This document shows, piece after piece, positions 62,279 to 64,000 of a stretch of 64,000 nucleotides of DNA. This DNA is from Azolla caroliniana (taxonomy: Eukaryota > Plantae > Polypodiophyta). The DNA is taken from positions 10,354,001 through 10,418,000 of the forward strand of contig JBHGNT010000017.1 of assembly GCA_043228905.1 (NCBI GenBank), given 5' to 3'. Both the position numbers and the translations under genes were made by a program. Position 1 is the first letter of the stretch. Each line of letters begins with the position of its first letter. The notes beneath the pieces were generated by a model that was given only the letters and a program-made list of their open reading frames with translations, was not told where the DNA came from and ran no database searches.

Positions 62279-64000
62279 TGTCAGGAATAGTACTAAAACA
62301 GAGAGAGAATTAGTACTACAGAAGGGAAGTACTATTAGTACTAAGAGGACGGGACTGTGTAAGACTCCCGAGAGAGAGAAAGAGAGAAGAGGAGAGAGAG
62401 AGAGAGAGATGATGATAATAGATGATATATTATGTGAAGAGCAAGTACAAAAGCTATGAGACTTAAGACTGGCGTTGAACCAATTTGGTTCAAAATAATT
62501 CCTAGTGCCTTCTTTTATAGTGTTCTTAGGAGTAAGCCTGAAGCTTCTAGAATGTTCCAGAGAAATATGGAATAAACATTAATTTCCTATAATAAAGCTT
62601 AAATGAAAATAATATCCTATGTATTACAATAGATGGTATAATGGTCAAGAGCTCGACCCATATAACATAAGGTCATGGGTTCAAGTCTTGCCATATCATG
62701 ACACTATCCCCCCCTTAAAACGACGAGTGGAACGAGTCGGCACTGATTGCTTACCGGGTTTGTTCGGATACTTTCGGTGGAAATAATCAAGAAGATCCTG
62801 AGCATTGGCGACATGCTCGACGAGTTCCCAAGTATGTTGCGAACAAGTTTGGAATCGAGGAGGGCAACAACTTCATACTCCGGGCCGGCGTCCAACTCAA
62901 GCGGGGGCGGCGGTGGTGTAACACGATTGGGAATAGCGTTTGCTTTATAAGGTTCAAGAAGAGAACTATTGAAAACCGGATGTATCTGAAGATGCGGAGG
63001 GAGATCAAGGCGGAACGTGACATCATTAACCTTACCAGCAATACGGAAAGAACCGAGTCGTCGATAATCCAACTTGTCGCACGGTCGAGTAGTCTTGATG
63101 TGATGACAGAAAAGTCATACTCGATCTCCGATGGCAAAAGAGGAGGAAAGCCGATGAAGATCTGCATAAGTCTTTTGTGTGTGTTGAGCATGACGAAGAT
63201 GAGTAGAGAGATCCAACTGAATTTTACGTAGCCTCTCCAAATGATCCTCGGCACAAGGATTGATAGGTAGCTCCGGGGTGTCGATCACTGACCAGGGAGG
63301 ATGAGAACCGGTATAAGCGTAAAATGGGGAGACCCGAGTCGAGGAGTGAACAACATTATTATACGCAAACTCCACAAAGTGGAGAATCTCCGCCCAATCT
63401 TCTTGTTGATAACTCAGAAAACACCGAAGATATTATTCCAGCGTTTGGTTTGCTCGTTCCGCCTGCCCATCGGTCTGGGGATGGTAGACGGAGGACAGGT
63501 TGCAAGAGACCTCGAGCATCTTGAAGAGATGCTGCCAAAATTTGGAAATGAATTGAAGCCATGATGCTGAAATACTTCACGCATGACAAGGGCGGCGGTT
63601 TCCTCGCTAGTGATGACCTTAGTACACAGCACAAAATGTGCCATCTTAGTATATCGATCGACGACGGTTAAGATAGCATGGAACCCCTTCGAGACTGGCA
63701 GATCTGTGATAAAATCAAGACAAATAGACTGCCATGGCTTACTTGGAATCAGTAAGGCTTCCAACAAGCCATATGGATGGTGTCGTGGCATCTTTGCTCG
63801 ACAGCAAGCATCACAGGTCCGAACGTAGTCGTCGACAAAACGTCGCATATGGGACCACCAAAAAGATCGTTGAGCTAGATCCAACGTCTTAGTACTATCG
63901 AAATGTCCCGCCATATGGGTGTCGTGACAACTTTGGACAATTTGAAGGCGACAGGAGCAATTGGGGACATCTACAAGCTTTTTAAAGAATAACAAACCAT
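62279..64000 (-). mobile_element. Tcn1-like chromovirus 3' part: integrase, partial chromodomain, PPT, 3' LTR 62279-62703
   Basis: CHD..MAGHF..WW, LDFITDLP, VDRYTKMAHF, EFAYNN, IHPVFNSSLL, PEYEVVALLDS; PPT aagggggggatag; TGTCA...TGACA termini. Confidence 0.92.
62627..62698 (+). promoter_or_regulatory. tRNA-like A-box/B-box module at the outer end of the chromovirus LTR
   Basis: TGGTATAATGG (62634) ... aggtc atgGGTTCAAGTCT (62678), spacing 44 nt. Confidence 0.7.

Overview
This is eukaryotic heterochromatin-like DNA made almost entirely of nested, decaying retrotransposons. It is most likely from a non-seed land plant; that is an inference from a plant-type tRNA-Trp primer site plus Tcn1-like and Athila/Tat-like elements. 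I found no host gene, rRNA, intact tRNA gene or CRISPR array. Resolved by LTR termini, PBS/PPT and target-site duplications: Ty1/copia elements and several solo LTRs of one copia family, an Ala-primed Ty3/gypsy with a 4-bp TSD, Athila/Tat-like elements with a large extra 3' ORF, a tRNA-Trp-primed Ty3/gypsy clade (several members, 4-bp TSD), Tcn1-like chromovirus pieces and a 5'-truncated LINE. One nest is six layers deep. The most interesting signals are: (1) antisense tRNA-like A-box/B-box modules inside the LTRs of several gypsy families, next to heat-shock-element arrays in two of them; (2) a conserved -1 frameshift site with a predicted pseudoknot placed AFTER the protease in the Trp-primed clade, whose protease has a D-H-G/V active-site motif; (3) CpG-centred target sites for that clade; (4) apparent LTR sharing between the Trp-primed clade and a chromovirus. 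Coordinates were read by eye and lineage names are inferences that need a domain search.
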